Source: an uncultured bacterium (GTDB lineage: Bacteria; Omnitrophota; Omnitrophia; Omnitrophales; Aquincolibacteriaceae). From it: a stretch of 64,000 bases of DNA. A program made the position numbers and the translations under genes. Location of the stretch: positions 31,187 to 95,186 of the forward strand of contig CAZLTL010000006.1 in NCBI GenBank assembly GCA_964562525.1, written 5' to 3'. Of the stretch, positions 57,401-63,028 are shown one piece after another; the first letter of the stretch is position 1; every line of letters starts with the position of its first letter. Under the pieces are notes generated by a model. It saw only the letters and a program-made list of their open reading frames with translations. It had not been told where the DNA came from and made no database searches.

Positions 57401-59639
57401 TGTGATTTCGGCAACACCGCGAGAGTTAGAGAAAAAAGATATCGAGATGCTCACGGATGATGAGCTTTTGGCGTTAACTGAGATTGCTTTGGGGGAAATC
57501 AAGCGAATTTATAATTATCCCGCTTCCGGATTTACGGTGCCTGTGGATGTTCCTGCGGAAGTGAATGGGGCTGAAACCAATTTAAATCTGCTGGTGGCAA
57601 AAGTCGGAAGACTGAGTCAGCGTGCTGAGCTGCCCAAGCCGACGCTTGATTTTGAATCTTTAAAGACCGAGGTTAATCAAGGCACTTATAACGCGCTTTC
57701 CGATATTCGTGACGCAATTCAAACGACGAATCTGCCTCTCGAAATGATTCTTTTTGGGTCTTATGCGGATGGGTATCAAATATCCGGCAGCGATTTAGAT
57801 TTAATGTTTAATGCCTCCATCCGCGGGTATGAGTCACAGGCAGAATCTGTCAGTCGTCGAATCATAGATCATTTGATGCAGCTTGGTTATCGGTTTGATT
57901 TGAAGCATCATGCTGCGGGCGGTGTGCTGCCATCCGTTATGCATACGACGCCCGCTGATTTTGTTGAGGCGCGCGGTCCCGGAAAATTTTTCCGTAAGGA
58001 AGAAAATAAAACCGCGTGGATTGTTTCTGCTTCTTCCGTCCGCCGCATTAATTTATTGAACGGCGATGTTCAGATTTATCAGTTTGCCCGCTCCGAAATG
58101 CGGGATGTGCCCAATTGGAAGGCGCTCGGTGCGGCGGAACAAGTTAAAACGCTTTTGTATCCCGGCAGCGGAGTTGATTTTTCCGCGGGATTGAGTTTAG
58201 CGCTGCAGCTGCCGAACCTGACTGATATTTATTATGTTGATCCCGCGTATTCAAGCCAGCAATTGCCTGAACGAAAGGCTGAAAAAGGTTATCACTATTA
58301 TCTTTATGATATTTTGGCGAATGTGGATTCGCGATATTTCTTTTCTGCCCGTGAACCGTTCTCAATGGAGGAAATTATAGCGTTTCAAAAGCAATTTGCT
58401 CAAACCGGTAAGGTCGCTATACCTATTATCTTGCCTGATTCGGGCGGACGAACGATCAATATTCATCTTGTCGCAAGTCTGTTTGAGACGGGATTTCAGT
58501 CCAAAATAGGTATTCCGGAGCAGGTTGATTTTATTCTTGTGAAAAACCCGGGTACGAATCGTCGATTGAGCCAAGAGCCTTCTTATTGGAATCAAGTTGT
58601 TGAATCTGTGCAGCCGAATGGAATTGTGGCGGTGACTTTTGCCGAGATTCCGGGTCAGGGAGTTGATTTTAAGCCGGTTCGTGATGCTCTTGGCGAGCCT
58701 CTTTTTAAATCAAGTGAATTTTCGGGACAAGGTTTGGTTTGGGCGGGACAGTGGGTTGTTTATCAGAAAAAAGACACCCGGACTGAGATTCGACGGTCAG
58801 AATTAACATTGGGAACTCGGATACAGGTACCAACTCCTGAGTTATCCCCAGCTTTTGAGAAGGTGTATGAAGCGTTGATGCTGAAGTTGAATGAACTGAC
58901 TACTGTCGAAGAAACGGCGGCGGTGATTGCTTATGGCTTTACAAACTCATCCCTCGGCCGCGAAAAGCAAGTTGCTATGTTAACTGCCCTCGTAGGACTT
59001 ATCGGCGTGAGCCGTTTCGAGATAATACAGAAGGTGATGCGTGAAAAGCATGCCGATGCTTGGGGCCGCCTGCAATCCATGGTTCGCTCGCCATCTAAAA
59101 ACCGTGTCATCTATCGAACGATTGATGCGGCGCAATTATCCGATGCGAAACTTCGTGAAGCATTGTTGAACGGAATGAAAGCCGTGTGGCTTGTGAACCC
59201 CAATCAAAAATTTCATTTACTTGCGGATGCCGATGTTTCGCAAGACGTTTTGAATCGGTTGGATTCAGATGTTAAGTCTTGGAAGTCTCAACTCGAAATC
59301 AAAGCGGATAATTTTGGTATTCAAGCTCGCGCTGATTTTGCTCTAAAGGCGAATGCGGATAGTTTTGTTTTTAGTACGACACGAGAAGAATTGCTCAATG
59401 ACCGCATGGCTTTGCCGGTGCATGAGTCTTTTTCGCAAAATGAACCTGATTATCTTGAAGCCGCGATTTTAGCTTTGGCAAATCTAGCTCAACAAGGTTC
59501 GCTGGTTGATCGCTTACTGCCCGGATTTGAGCAAGAGGGGGTAGGGCGTTATAAGTTAACCAATAATAGTCTTGTTCTTTATCTTGAAACAATTTTGGCT
59601 GATATCGAAGCGCTTCTGGCAACAGCCCAATCCGCTTAG
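45438..59639 (+). CDS. Giant multi-domain membrane protein (4733 aa): signal peptide, shared N-module, transmembrane helix, DHH/NrnA-like [15 protein letters not shown] domain, 6-transmembrane cluster, DUF218-like block, nucleotidyltransferase motif and further unassigned regions
   Basis: This is an uninterrupted 14.2-kb ORF. The signal peptide is MRNSSWLKFTAGVFTFLFVLNDIGQAAPA. Its N-module is paralogous to the other two large ORFs. Confidence 0.85.
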   Translation: MRNSSWLKFTAGVFTFLFVLNDIGQAAPALDFAASLRSEIPRVSHIEIPPEMATLEDWYESPNVGDTRLMLHIQDAHAQPEAQARIRDLIHYLNKQYGFKTVFVEGAAEQLDVKWLHPFKNSEQNKKWIEEKTSSGEMSGVDLALLDGVAGLKALPIETIEGYRDGYQKLHAVYTAEPEVNEFINFFDSKLDSAASKILNEKTRRILSEWKKFESGHRDFLPFVEKLAALAKEDLKLDLDALYSQIEWPQLSRLLVLQRVEKELAEAVPTGQRSKVKGQSHNSKPVSWREQALDEKEIVLNLLKDEQASSGLIHGLERFDEKHLNLNRITVGDGRQFSSPRALVEQLVEETRKFEIDLRDYLAFLKYAGYLILRGELQPSLLFKEIERLFEKFLEKTNDPSAELRASQRLTTNAGEDVQREAQSVKLIEIYRDSFLLKKLLNLELSREEWRKALAKREELEPQKILGRLKNLGAAVHGPRATANEKKITNLEPRTTENQDVERTFENAFDFYDAALAREDIFFEKISSSLAQNDKAILITGGFHSEGMNAFFREKEISYGTLTPRITNLAPTSLYRSAMMQATNLSKVSSQPTPALAQPLETIAAMTALSVVAVRSESRLQTEAADFVQWVEDLKLVRDPNNAAEIETVLLRHRDLFKHRPDEFPEESVSFRGRNLQKIPSRLIHQLDLTWLNGRNSDAKPITRNDLFQLVFDRPLDENEAKGFAGYDNIQSLRDLFYFLITKEHGRSLQLFAEQYFALDSGQRELFLEQAFDIHQITQYLMGQMARNDDYEVSDEILTAYAKAWPIVIQFGEAELQSGGILKRLKTVPDLPVDIDLRSNQDSGQEVILEDWERALLLLENYVEIGDESIDTQIGVVSLGLRSLAGDQATEVRWSRASSLERAVAVRLEGTLPLSREEANRYLRWLEVADSDLNGLDQAKLFEPNRLVLIGKIASLREQIVARQLQSESREDERDRGMARSELRTVEIDGVTANWEIVENLLLGDPGKFDAAFEFEKDEEVYLKIKPANFKQQQDLTEAGFESENPNWVKSLVDDAQLLTYVVGAQPKIRAYLVQDKSRNTTGLNQIEFDAGGVVRPKGDKGISASRLNEAGQLITFIPQVFVLTKAGVLPGRFKTLSEKDEIERVAAERLAAEQENLRAVQRSTAALKEIQDRMSALAASMESESAWSFVPQSIPNIDREEIADSDDLKLIRARSQMISEDLNSLRIAWQQATDTQKKWDRLLRDWASAYDKINKESSKLAGLNFQSIAVNLQSRREALNKIETYLESLVRIMGSFQAKKAEFESKLQAEKERKRAEIERVRFESSQRRGAFWDRVNRWGPFGLIAFAAMALIWFLGIREKTVAPEVRLSQPEMMDYSLQGLPQGILDAMQRNRQNLKWTPQEVLLQLQTLISKHVTDELDLGPMTIAGFPKDFDQLEVVNPPKDAYSIVIPGVQFYQAEFIPKLNNKPIKQFQQMVVSVETVRGAKVFYAQDTIVQVGEWLLSLAGDSISSAESLRMGAYIAQEFAGTTFGLEQIDHWLAKNGASQAPSPLLRGQVDLPVTYFIAKELEGLLSSDSPFVEPFRELEKQLNGGQGNVSASGKILTALIISVYADSKLYLEKISVDEQKKIFDALSRELVPLVNQNGVGVEVAALERLRGSITFRMASQTQMLSAGLRNGSITSEQAVLLWNQLMGLEEENILAIVGYLNQKNIPQAAKLSGFVKSYFENARALSQDPDGVRYIREQVELRMRMGTELLHKSEQTKPAGRSEMREFGELVERVISHTHSDGANKDQRKNLVDFFRMMSRGYQQEFLAELQHQAQGQPARKKIKIVLSHENPDPDAIISVIGEAYAQWAALSDQEKDKTLVMPLLYGEVPANTLYLIQMLERLLKNDTVPDEQEYGGMLMLRGPPAISGKTAPGTILDLLLIISTNASQQDLFQPSGAIELTLIDFNPSIAPKDLDPLMPAIVRTLDHHIQNVEKAPNMTAEETFIFKNGSASTLAALRAAGLGTYLSRSDLFTQQNVSANSFAEEREKMESAMSAIPLPLRLLFLLAIMIDTDNFKNDSTVKPVDILVYESLQKSLSAGLVSFSELIPYRDLIKDFLSNYHLKKDFLQDDSARSVAEVDAHNRKALVDLILKGDKKKFLTADGQPFLFSSIDLSSVSDLPRIRTVLELALQDVFNQVIRNYGTGQDGSSAGAEQYAFVVVRFAFWGDQKVEIHTMRKNLTANQPGIDGQALANFMQAAMTTNGQPPLSGTSHKHGFVLLPATWMQRKQLSGLLENYKNPEKETRRSESRAGYISRRTAIFGGLMALSSYFVPSSLVAEQNAQKWRDGERLMHGLGAWGVVAGEYGDTDASHMIYRGQSLSEIKISFDTRRGHAPQAVSINANGAIRGHAVQPGRNDGLASTFYLLRYHDEKGVLHDSALIQKLLGVKTQEGKLVLDVELGDREKGASRWKTMNAQIVIYPPDRVDGTLRMDIHRSAPQGLKVSQEKLGLMEGLMTEFIATNHSGADSDFDGREYSDAQAAQFYDDKGKLVLDRDLKKARDEVPSDSGFRLITAEGDDWMPKKIGGIAAFAVVSEKHSPAHQFKRMPIPPTMLVVPHQGFYLASGAVTYRKGETNFNSDNVNVTVQPEDVEAALSKPSSVSVFFMPGATPESEKRIPAMIQSVRRSEVRGDQDRQLGGAISFPIIIGLLGSFTAGVYVSMLTPAIAGLAAAALFFLPIYAGARFFWRTVVEGKNFPFQNLQDAFLWESKLLARVLSKNWSEIKLWIFMRKTLSAEEMRNQFDELSSWGLIQSDVDASFSDSKDSLKIRFKLLSLDSEESAATSSHSLSISRIFADGERVYFEYYDDSQSPARYRYRIFDQSNLKSAAEDLSANDYRAQYRSIAALHRSVPTSFLDVMNDHNESPRRWSLLFYPLVIAFAVFAGYQYVGADVMDWISLWHDVRSSYVKLLSPLSVEAVMGIGVLSLAGIVLALFIVDRVFLFLQTLIFMIASLPATLVYALIYYSRVPDLIYFAFSKSGKLKPTLLNKLVNLSVGLDEMEPEEPEFGEEEKSALIREQITQTLSSYEIGVDDQITYFGNDRRLANELAAFQPDTYVVISPESENLSQIEIDLTAPFDGEGIWERATDKTIVFFDDHAQETFTFVNELDFSRDQVVIIDPDVEVTWDELNAFLTQTTGTGLIVGHRSSFPENWENLLGDDERFEVLEADDIVTIHMNDINRSETRLQKASLQIVDALQGYANWLSTSEYDLSASAVRKQPQRLREIGAFMVLGNPDAKTFIEFAKGWYEIAQKVQRQIPIVIAGGIGRGTIGLIDTTLEHYRQLGRLNPAEEKLLLKMRSQVESYLEAKASAAIARSKQPEHPGVTEKNVIMFIFAKEGVGRFASQPGKVEAFDPRQNYTGAPVYFENGNSTNTPENFEFSKPVFESLVQEGLILPNQKTVIVTEPALLARIKPTLLYVAKEKGWQGDMNWPRARVYPLDLKKLFKPNSMTAENAQRLLDKILYWAGPSKRMIEMFPDSAKNVSELKKYADQYWGAISDGGLDFKVPVEKLRERVPEYSAAEGLIQSTLMATDEFLDALSEASYKIEFDTLNRTFTVTARSESRMLGKDSLITTAKMTFENALAMVKRRGSDAITDETVRLAENYHRTPEAWIIANEEERRYAERLSSMTLAEMKEHAEDKTNPIYGELNKYRGFDSIVNYLSNVQARRGGQSLSIAQRWIDILTQSNPEVMAQFFEGDPDNKALQNLRFYRAFLREMIYRWDTNEKPRSAELFNARSEMRLADEDRAALEQSLSELMKYLSQGRVYRMTPGMKAFEMDESSRPMAWDEIANLPEDYLPDAVLYFGSRDDQVPQLSIPVLQKMIARKPDLKIVTTGKWSDTHTELAGNFKDESGARISEAEHFARILERELAIQVERESNSTNTGQNISMGREKLTQAGVDTKNIKLLVVAQPAHQRRVGASVLKQWLKPEELAGGDYQLHVISATPRELEKKDIEMLTDDELLALTEIALGEIKRIYNYPASGFTVPVDVPAEVNGAETNLNLLVAKVGRLSQRAELPKPTLDFESLKTEVNQGTYNALSDIRDAIQTTNLPLEMILFGSYADGYQISGSDLDLMFNASIRGYESQAESVSRRIIDHLMQLGYRFDLKHHAAGGVLPSVMHTTPADFVEARGPGKFFRKEENKTAWIVSASSVRRINLLNGDVQIYQFARSEMRDVPNWKALGAAEQVKTLLYPGSGVDFSAGLSLALQLPNLTDIYYVDPAYSSQQLPERKAEKGYHYYLYDILANVDSRYFFSAREPFSMEEIIAFQKQFAQTGKVAIPIILPDSGGRTINIHLVASLFETGFQSKIGIPEQVDFILVKNPGTNRRLSQEPSYWNQVVESVQPNGIVAVTFAEIPGQGVDFKPVRDALGEPLFKSSEFSGQGLVWAGQWVVYQKKDTRTEIRRSELTLGTRIQVPTPELSPAFEKVYEALMLKLNELTTVEETAAVIAYGFTNSSLGREKQVAMLTALVGLIGVSRFEIIQKVMREKHADAWGRLQSMVRSPSKNRVIYRTIDAAQLSDAKLREALLNGMKAVWLVNPNQKFHLLADADVSQDVLNRLDSDVKSWKSQLEIKADNFGIQARADFALKANADSFVFSTTREELLNDRMALPVHESFSQNEPDYLEAAILALANLAQQGSLVDRLLPGFEQEGVGRYKLTNNSLVLYLETILADIEALLATAQSA
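45516..47150 (+). other. Shared N-module of giant 3 (QDAHA at 45657-45671; GGFHSEG at 47058-47078)
   Basis: Near-identical blocks are shared with giant 2, for example KFESGHRDFLPFV.KLA, LYSQIEWPQL.RLLVLQRVEKEL, RDY.AF.KYAGYLILRGE and AILITGGFH.EGM. Confidence 0.55.
50940..51640 (+). other. DHH-family [15 protein letters not shown] (NrnA-like) domain in giant 3
   Basis: Motif I-II is VLSHENPDPDAIIS (NrnA has H-x-NPD-x-DA), motif III is TLDHH at 51363-51371, and motif IV is AIMIDTDNF (NrnA has GIxTDTGNF) at 51615-51632. Confidence 0.55.
53494..54480 (+). other. Cluster of about six hydrophobic transmembrane helices in the middle of giant 3
   Basis: Examples are ISFPIIIGLLGSFTAGVYVSMLTPAIAGLAAAALFFLPIYAG, WSLLFYPLVIAFAVFAGYQYV, and VMGIGVLSLAGIVLALFIVDRVFLFLQTLIFMIASLPATLVYALIYY. 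Confidence 0.6.
57070..57360 (+). other. Possible DUF218 (YdcF/SanA/ElyC-like) block in giant 3
   Basis: STNTGQNISMGREKL is compared with the family S.NT.ENA motif, and LLVVAQPAHQRRVGA with the family VTS..HM.RA motif. The match is weak and speculative. Confidence 0.25.
57700..57830 (+). other. Minimal nucleotidyltransferase (polymerase-beta superfamily) motif in giant 3
   Basis: EMILFGSYADGYQISGSDLDLMF fits the hG[GS]-x(9-13)-Dh[DE]h pattern (G at 57756, DLD at 57792-57800). Confidence 0.45.
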
Positions 59640-59651
59640 TCTTATCGCGAC

Positions 59652-60320
59652 TTAAGCTTTCAGAGTTCTGAGACGGGCTTCCATTTTGCGTTGGGTCATC
59701 ATGTCGCCTTTTTTATCCGCGACCGCGATACCTTGCTTGTAAATTTCGACAGCTTTTTCTTGATTGCCCAAAGCTTCCCACGCTTGTCCTAAACCATAAT
59801 AGGAAGAGGAGTGATCGGGGTCTACTTGAACCGCCTTCTCAAACGTTTGGCGGGCGAGATCTTTTTTATAGGCGTCAAGGTAAGCGTTTCCCAAACTGAA
59901 ATAACCCAATACATCATTAGGATCGAGCTCAATCACTTTTTTGAAACGCTCAATTTTTTCGAAATTATCGTTGGCAGCCGGTTCAACCTGAGGTTTTAAC
60001 CCTGCGGCTTGGCGCCAGCCCAGCGTAGCGGCCTTGGCTTGGGCTTCCTCAGCCTCAGGAATCTTACCCTGGCGCATGAGGCAGCGAGAGAGGTTGGTAT
60101 AAGCCATGACGGCATTGGGATTGATTTTGAGCCATTCGGCGATGATTTGAACGGCTTCGCTGATTTTGTCTTGATTGATTAAAATAACTGCAAGCGCTTC
60201 GTACCCGTTTTCAAACTTGGAATCAATTTCAATTGTATGCGAAAGTTTTTTACAGGCTTCTTCGGTTTGACCATTTTTGAAGTGGAGAAGTGCTTGCTTG
60301 AATAATTCTTCTGGTTTCAT
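59652..60320 (-). CDS. Tetratricopeptide-repeat (TPR) protein
   Basis: Multiple 34-residue TPR-like units are present (...YFSLGNAYLDAYKKDLARQTFEKAVQVDPDHSSSYYGLGQAWEALGNQEKAVEIYKQG...). It is convergent with giant 3. Confidence 0.75.
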   Translation of the reverse strand: MKPEELFKQALLHFKNGQTEEACKKLSHTIEIDSKFENGYEALAVILINQDKISEAVQIIAEWLKINPNAVMAYTNLSRCLMRQGKIPEAEEAQAKAATLGWRQAAGLKPQVEPAANDNFEKIERFKKVIELDPNDVLGYFSLGNAYLDAYKKDLARQTFEKAVQVDPDHSSSYYGLGQAWEALGNQEKAVEIYKQGIAVADKKGDMMTQRKMEARLRTLKA

Positions 60321-60388
60321 GGCGTAAGTATAACAGCTGTGTCTATGGGATGTTATTTAAGGGGGATTCTCTGATATAATTCTCGCTT

Positions 60389-61162
60389 ATGAAATCAGCC
60401 AAAAAAGACGCTTCAGCTTGGGTTGCTATTCCGATTTCTTGCATCACTTGGGCGGGGGCGGTTATTTTTACCATCCTCTATGTTTTGATCGGATTTATTG
60501 TTTTTTTTCCGATCACGCTCATTCAGCGTGATTTGTCGCGCCGGTTAATTCATTGGAGTGCAATTCTTTGGGCGCGATCTATTATTGCTATCACGCCGGT
60601 TTGGAAAATGCAGGCAGAGGGGATTACGAATATCGATCCCAAAAAAACCTATTTGATTGTCTGCAATCACCAAAGCATGCTCGATATTTTGATTGTCGCA
60701 GCGAAATTACCGGTATTGTTTAAGTTTTTGGCGAAGAAGGAGTTGTTCGATATTCCGGTTTTGGGCTGGCATATGAAGCTGGCAAAATATATTCCTGTCG
60801 ATCGCTCCAACCGCACCAGCCGCCATCAAGCTTTAGTTGATTTATCGGATTGGCTGAAAAAAGGTGCCAGCGTACTCTTTTTTCCCGAAGGAACGCGCAG
60901 TTTAGACGGCGAGATTCACGAGTTTCGCGCAGCCGCTTTTAAAATTGCGCGCGATGCCGGTGTGGAAATTTTACCCGTGGTGGTGGACGGAACAGGCGAT
61001 GCTTTACCGAAACATTCTTGGCTTTTGAAAAAGCACGTTGAGTTTCAATTAAGTGTGCTGCCGTCGATTGATATGAAGGCTGTTTCCGACGATGAAATGG
61101 ATGCTGTGAAGGATCGCGTGCGCGAAAGCATGATCGCAAAACTGAAAGAACTCCGTGCTTAG
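60389..61162 (+). CDS. plsC: 1-acyl-sn-glycerol-3-phosphate acyltransferase (PlsC/LPLAT family)
   Basis: The HX4D motif is CNHQSMLD, the FPEGTRS motif is present, and there is an N-terminal transmembrane helix. Confidence 0.8.
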   Translation: MKSAKKDASAWVAIPISCITWAGAVIFTILYVLIGFIVFFPITLIQRDLSRRLIHWSAILWARSIIAITPVWKMQAEGITNIDPKKTYLIVCNHQSMLDILIVAAKLPVLFKFLAKKELFDIPVLGWHMKLAKYIPVDRSNRTSRHQALVDLSDWLKKGASVLFFPEGTRSLDGEIHEFRAAAFKIARDAGVEILPVVVDGTGDALPKHSWLLKKHVEFQLSVLPSIDMKAVSDDEMDAVKDRVRESMIAKLKELRA

Positions 61163-61907
61163 ACTGTTGACGCTCAACACTTGGCAGGAGCGCGGTCCCT
61201 GGCGCGAACGTTGGGAATTAATTTTTGCCGGACTCAAATTTTATTTGCCTGATATTGTCGCTTTTCAGGAAGTCTTTAACATGGATTGGGCGGATGAAAT
61301 TCAGAAACGTAGCGGATTTCCTTATTTATCCAAGAGTGGACAAAACTCCGGGCTCATTTTTCTATCCAAGCATCCCATATTAAAATCTGAGTGTCTGACT
61401 TATAAAACAAAATCACCGAATGAAGACTACAACCGCTACGCGCATTTCGTGCTGTTCCAAGTCGGGCGTCAAAGGATTGCAGTGTTCAACACCCACCTTT
61501 CATGGCTTTTGCCCGAAGATGATATTCGATTAGGGCAAACGCGCGAATTACTTGGGTTTATGCGTCAAAAATCACGGCGTTGGCTTGGTTTAGGGGGCAG
61601 TTACCCTTCCTTTCTCACGGGAGATTTGAATTCTGACCCGAATAAGCCTTCCGTGGAAGCCGTCAAAAAGATAATGACAGACACTTATGCGGAACTTAAC
61701 CCAGGGCAGCCGGGTATCACTTGGGATTATAAGAATCCCTTTGCTGAACGCGCGCGCGATCGCATGCCTGAGCGCAGGCTGGATTACATTTTTACCCGCG
61801 GCATGAAAGGGAAGACCAAAAGCTCGGAAATCGTCTTTAATCAGCCGGACGCGAATGGCACTTTTCCGTCCGATCATTTGGGCGTGATGACGGAGATACA
61901 GTTATGA
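61155..61907 (+). CDS. Endonuclease/exonuclease/phosphatase (EEP) family protein
   Basis: EEP motifs are present: LRLLTLNTW, TGDLNSDP and PSDHLGV. It overlaps plsC by 8 nt. Confidence 0.75.
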   Translation: MLRLLTLNTWQERGPWRERWELIFAGLKFYLPDIVAFQEVFNMDWADEIQKRSGFPYLSKSGQNSGLIFLSKHPILKSECLTYKTKSPNEDYNRYAHFVLFQVGRQRIAVFNTHLSWLLPEDDIRLGQTRELLGFMRQKSRRWLGLGGSYPSFLTGDLNSDPNKPSVEAVKKIMTDTYAELNPGQPGITWDYKNPFAERARDRMPERRLDYIFTRGMKGKTKSSEIVFNQPDANGTFPSDHLGVMTEIQL

Positions 61908-63028
61908 CAGACCGGAGACCGGAGGCCGTAAGATCGGGCGGCGCTAAAGAGTATCAGCGGATTAAAAAAACGCTTTCGCTAGTTCATTTATTTTTAACGC
62001 CCGCGTTATTGGCTTTGTGGATTTTTACTCCGCTCTCCATCATGGTACAAGAGTTCGCAGTGTCAGCTTCGGATATTGCTTTCTTGCAAGTTGCTTTGTT
62101 TTTTCTTCTTTTTTCTTTGTTCTTTTTTATTATTGATTTGCCTTTGTCGTTTTATTCTGGGTTTGTAATTGAGCACCGCTTTCAGGTTTCTAATTTAACT
62201 TTCTTAGGTTGGCTGCGCGAAAATGGGAAACGCTCCTTACTTTCATTTGTTTTCTCGCTGGTGTTAATTCAGGGATTGTATTTTTTGATTGAGCGCCGTA
62301 CTTCAGATTGGTGGTTATGGGCTTGGGCGGCTTATGCCGGCGTGAGTTTTATTATGGGCAAGCTTTTTCCGGTATTTATCGTGCCGCTTTTTTATAAATA
62401 TCAGCCTTTGCCCGAAGGTGAGTTAAAAGACAGAATCTTGGCGTTGCTTAAACGGTTTGGGTTGCCGGCTGCGAATCTTTTTTCAATTAATTTAAGCAAG
62501 ACAACTAAAAAAGCGAATGCGGCTTTTATGGGGTTAGGGAAAACGAAGCGTGTTGTGTTGAGCGATACTTTACTTGAGAATTTTACTCCCGCCGAAATCG
62601 AGCAAGTAGTCGCGCATGAGCTTGGACATTTTAAACATCAGGACATCTGGAAACAGCTTGGGTTGGGACTTTCTATTTCTTTGATTTGTTTTTATCTTGG
62701 GTACCAGGGTGTTGAAAATATGCTTTCGGTTGCCGGGCTTGAGACAGCGGCGGATGTGGCGGGGTTACCGCTTTTGATGCTGATTTTTTTGGGTGTGTCT
62801 TATGTCAGTATGCCAATTACGAATGGCTTTTCGCGGAGCTGTGAATTCGCGGCGGATCGGTTTGCCTTGGATGCTTGTCGCGATCGCGATACGTTTATTT
62901 CAATGATGAATAAGCTGGGAAAACTCAATTTGTCGGACCCCGATCCTGCGCCATGGTATGAGTTTATTTTTTACAGTCATCCTTCGAATAAGAAAAGAAT
63001 CGCTGCTGCGCAGAGTTGGAAATCATGA
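61904..63028 (+). CDS. Membrane zinc metalloprotease, M48 (Ste24/HtpX-like) family
   Basis: There are multiple N-terminal transmembrane helices, then VVAHELGHFKHQD (HExxH) and the third-ligand motif SRSCEFAADRFA (ExxADxxA). Confidence 0.75.
   Translation: MTDRRPEAVRSGGAKEYQRIKKTLSLVHLFLTPALLALWIFTPLSIMVQEFAVSASDIAFLQVALFFLLFSLFFFIIDLPLSFYSGFVIEHRFQVSNLTFLGWLRENGKRSLLSFVFSLVLIQGLYFLIERRTSDWWLWAWAAYAGVSFIMGKLFPVFIVPLFYKYQPLPEGELKDRILALLKRFGLPAANLFSINLSKTTKKANAAFMGLGKTKRVVLSDTLLENFTPAEIEQVVAHELGHFKHQDIWKQLGLGLSISLICFYLGYQGVENMLSVAGLETAADVAGLPLLMLIFLGVSYVSMPITNGFSRSCEFAADRFALDACRDRDTFISMMNKLGKLNLSDPDPAPWYEFIFYSHPSNKKRIAAAQSWKS

Noticed and set aside
12435-59639. Giant ORFs as polyketide or nonribosomal peptide synthetases, RHS/YD-repeat toxins or RTX adhesins
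   Set aside because: I found no KS (DTACSSS), AT (GHSxG), A-domain or PCP motifs. I found no YD or RHS repeats, no GGxGxD nonapeptide runs, and no Ig or cadherin tandem arrays. The domain content is instead MBL, J-domain, DHH and NTase-like.
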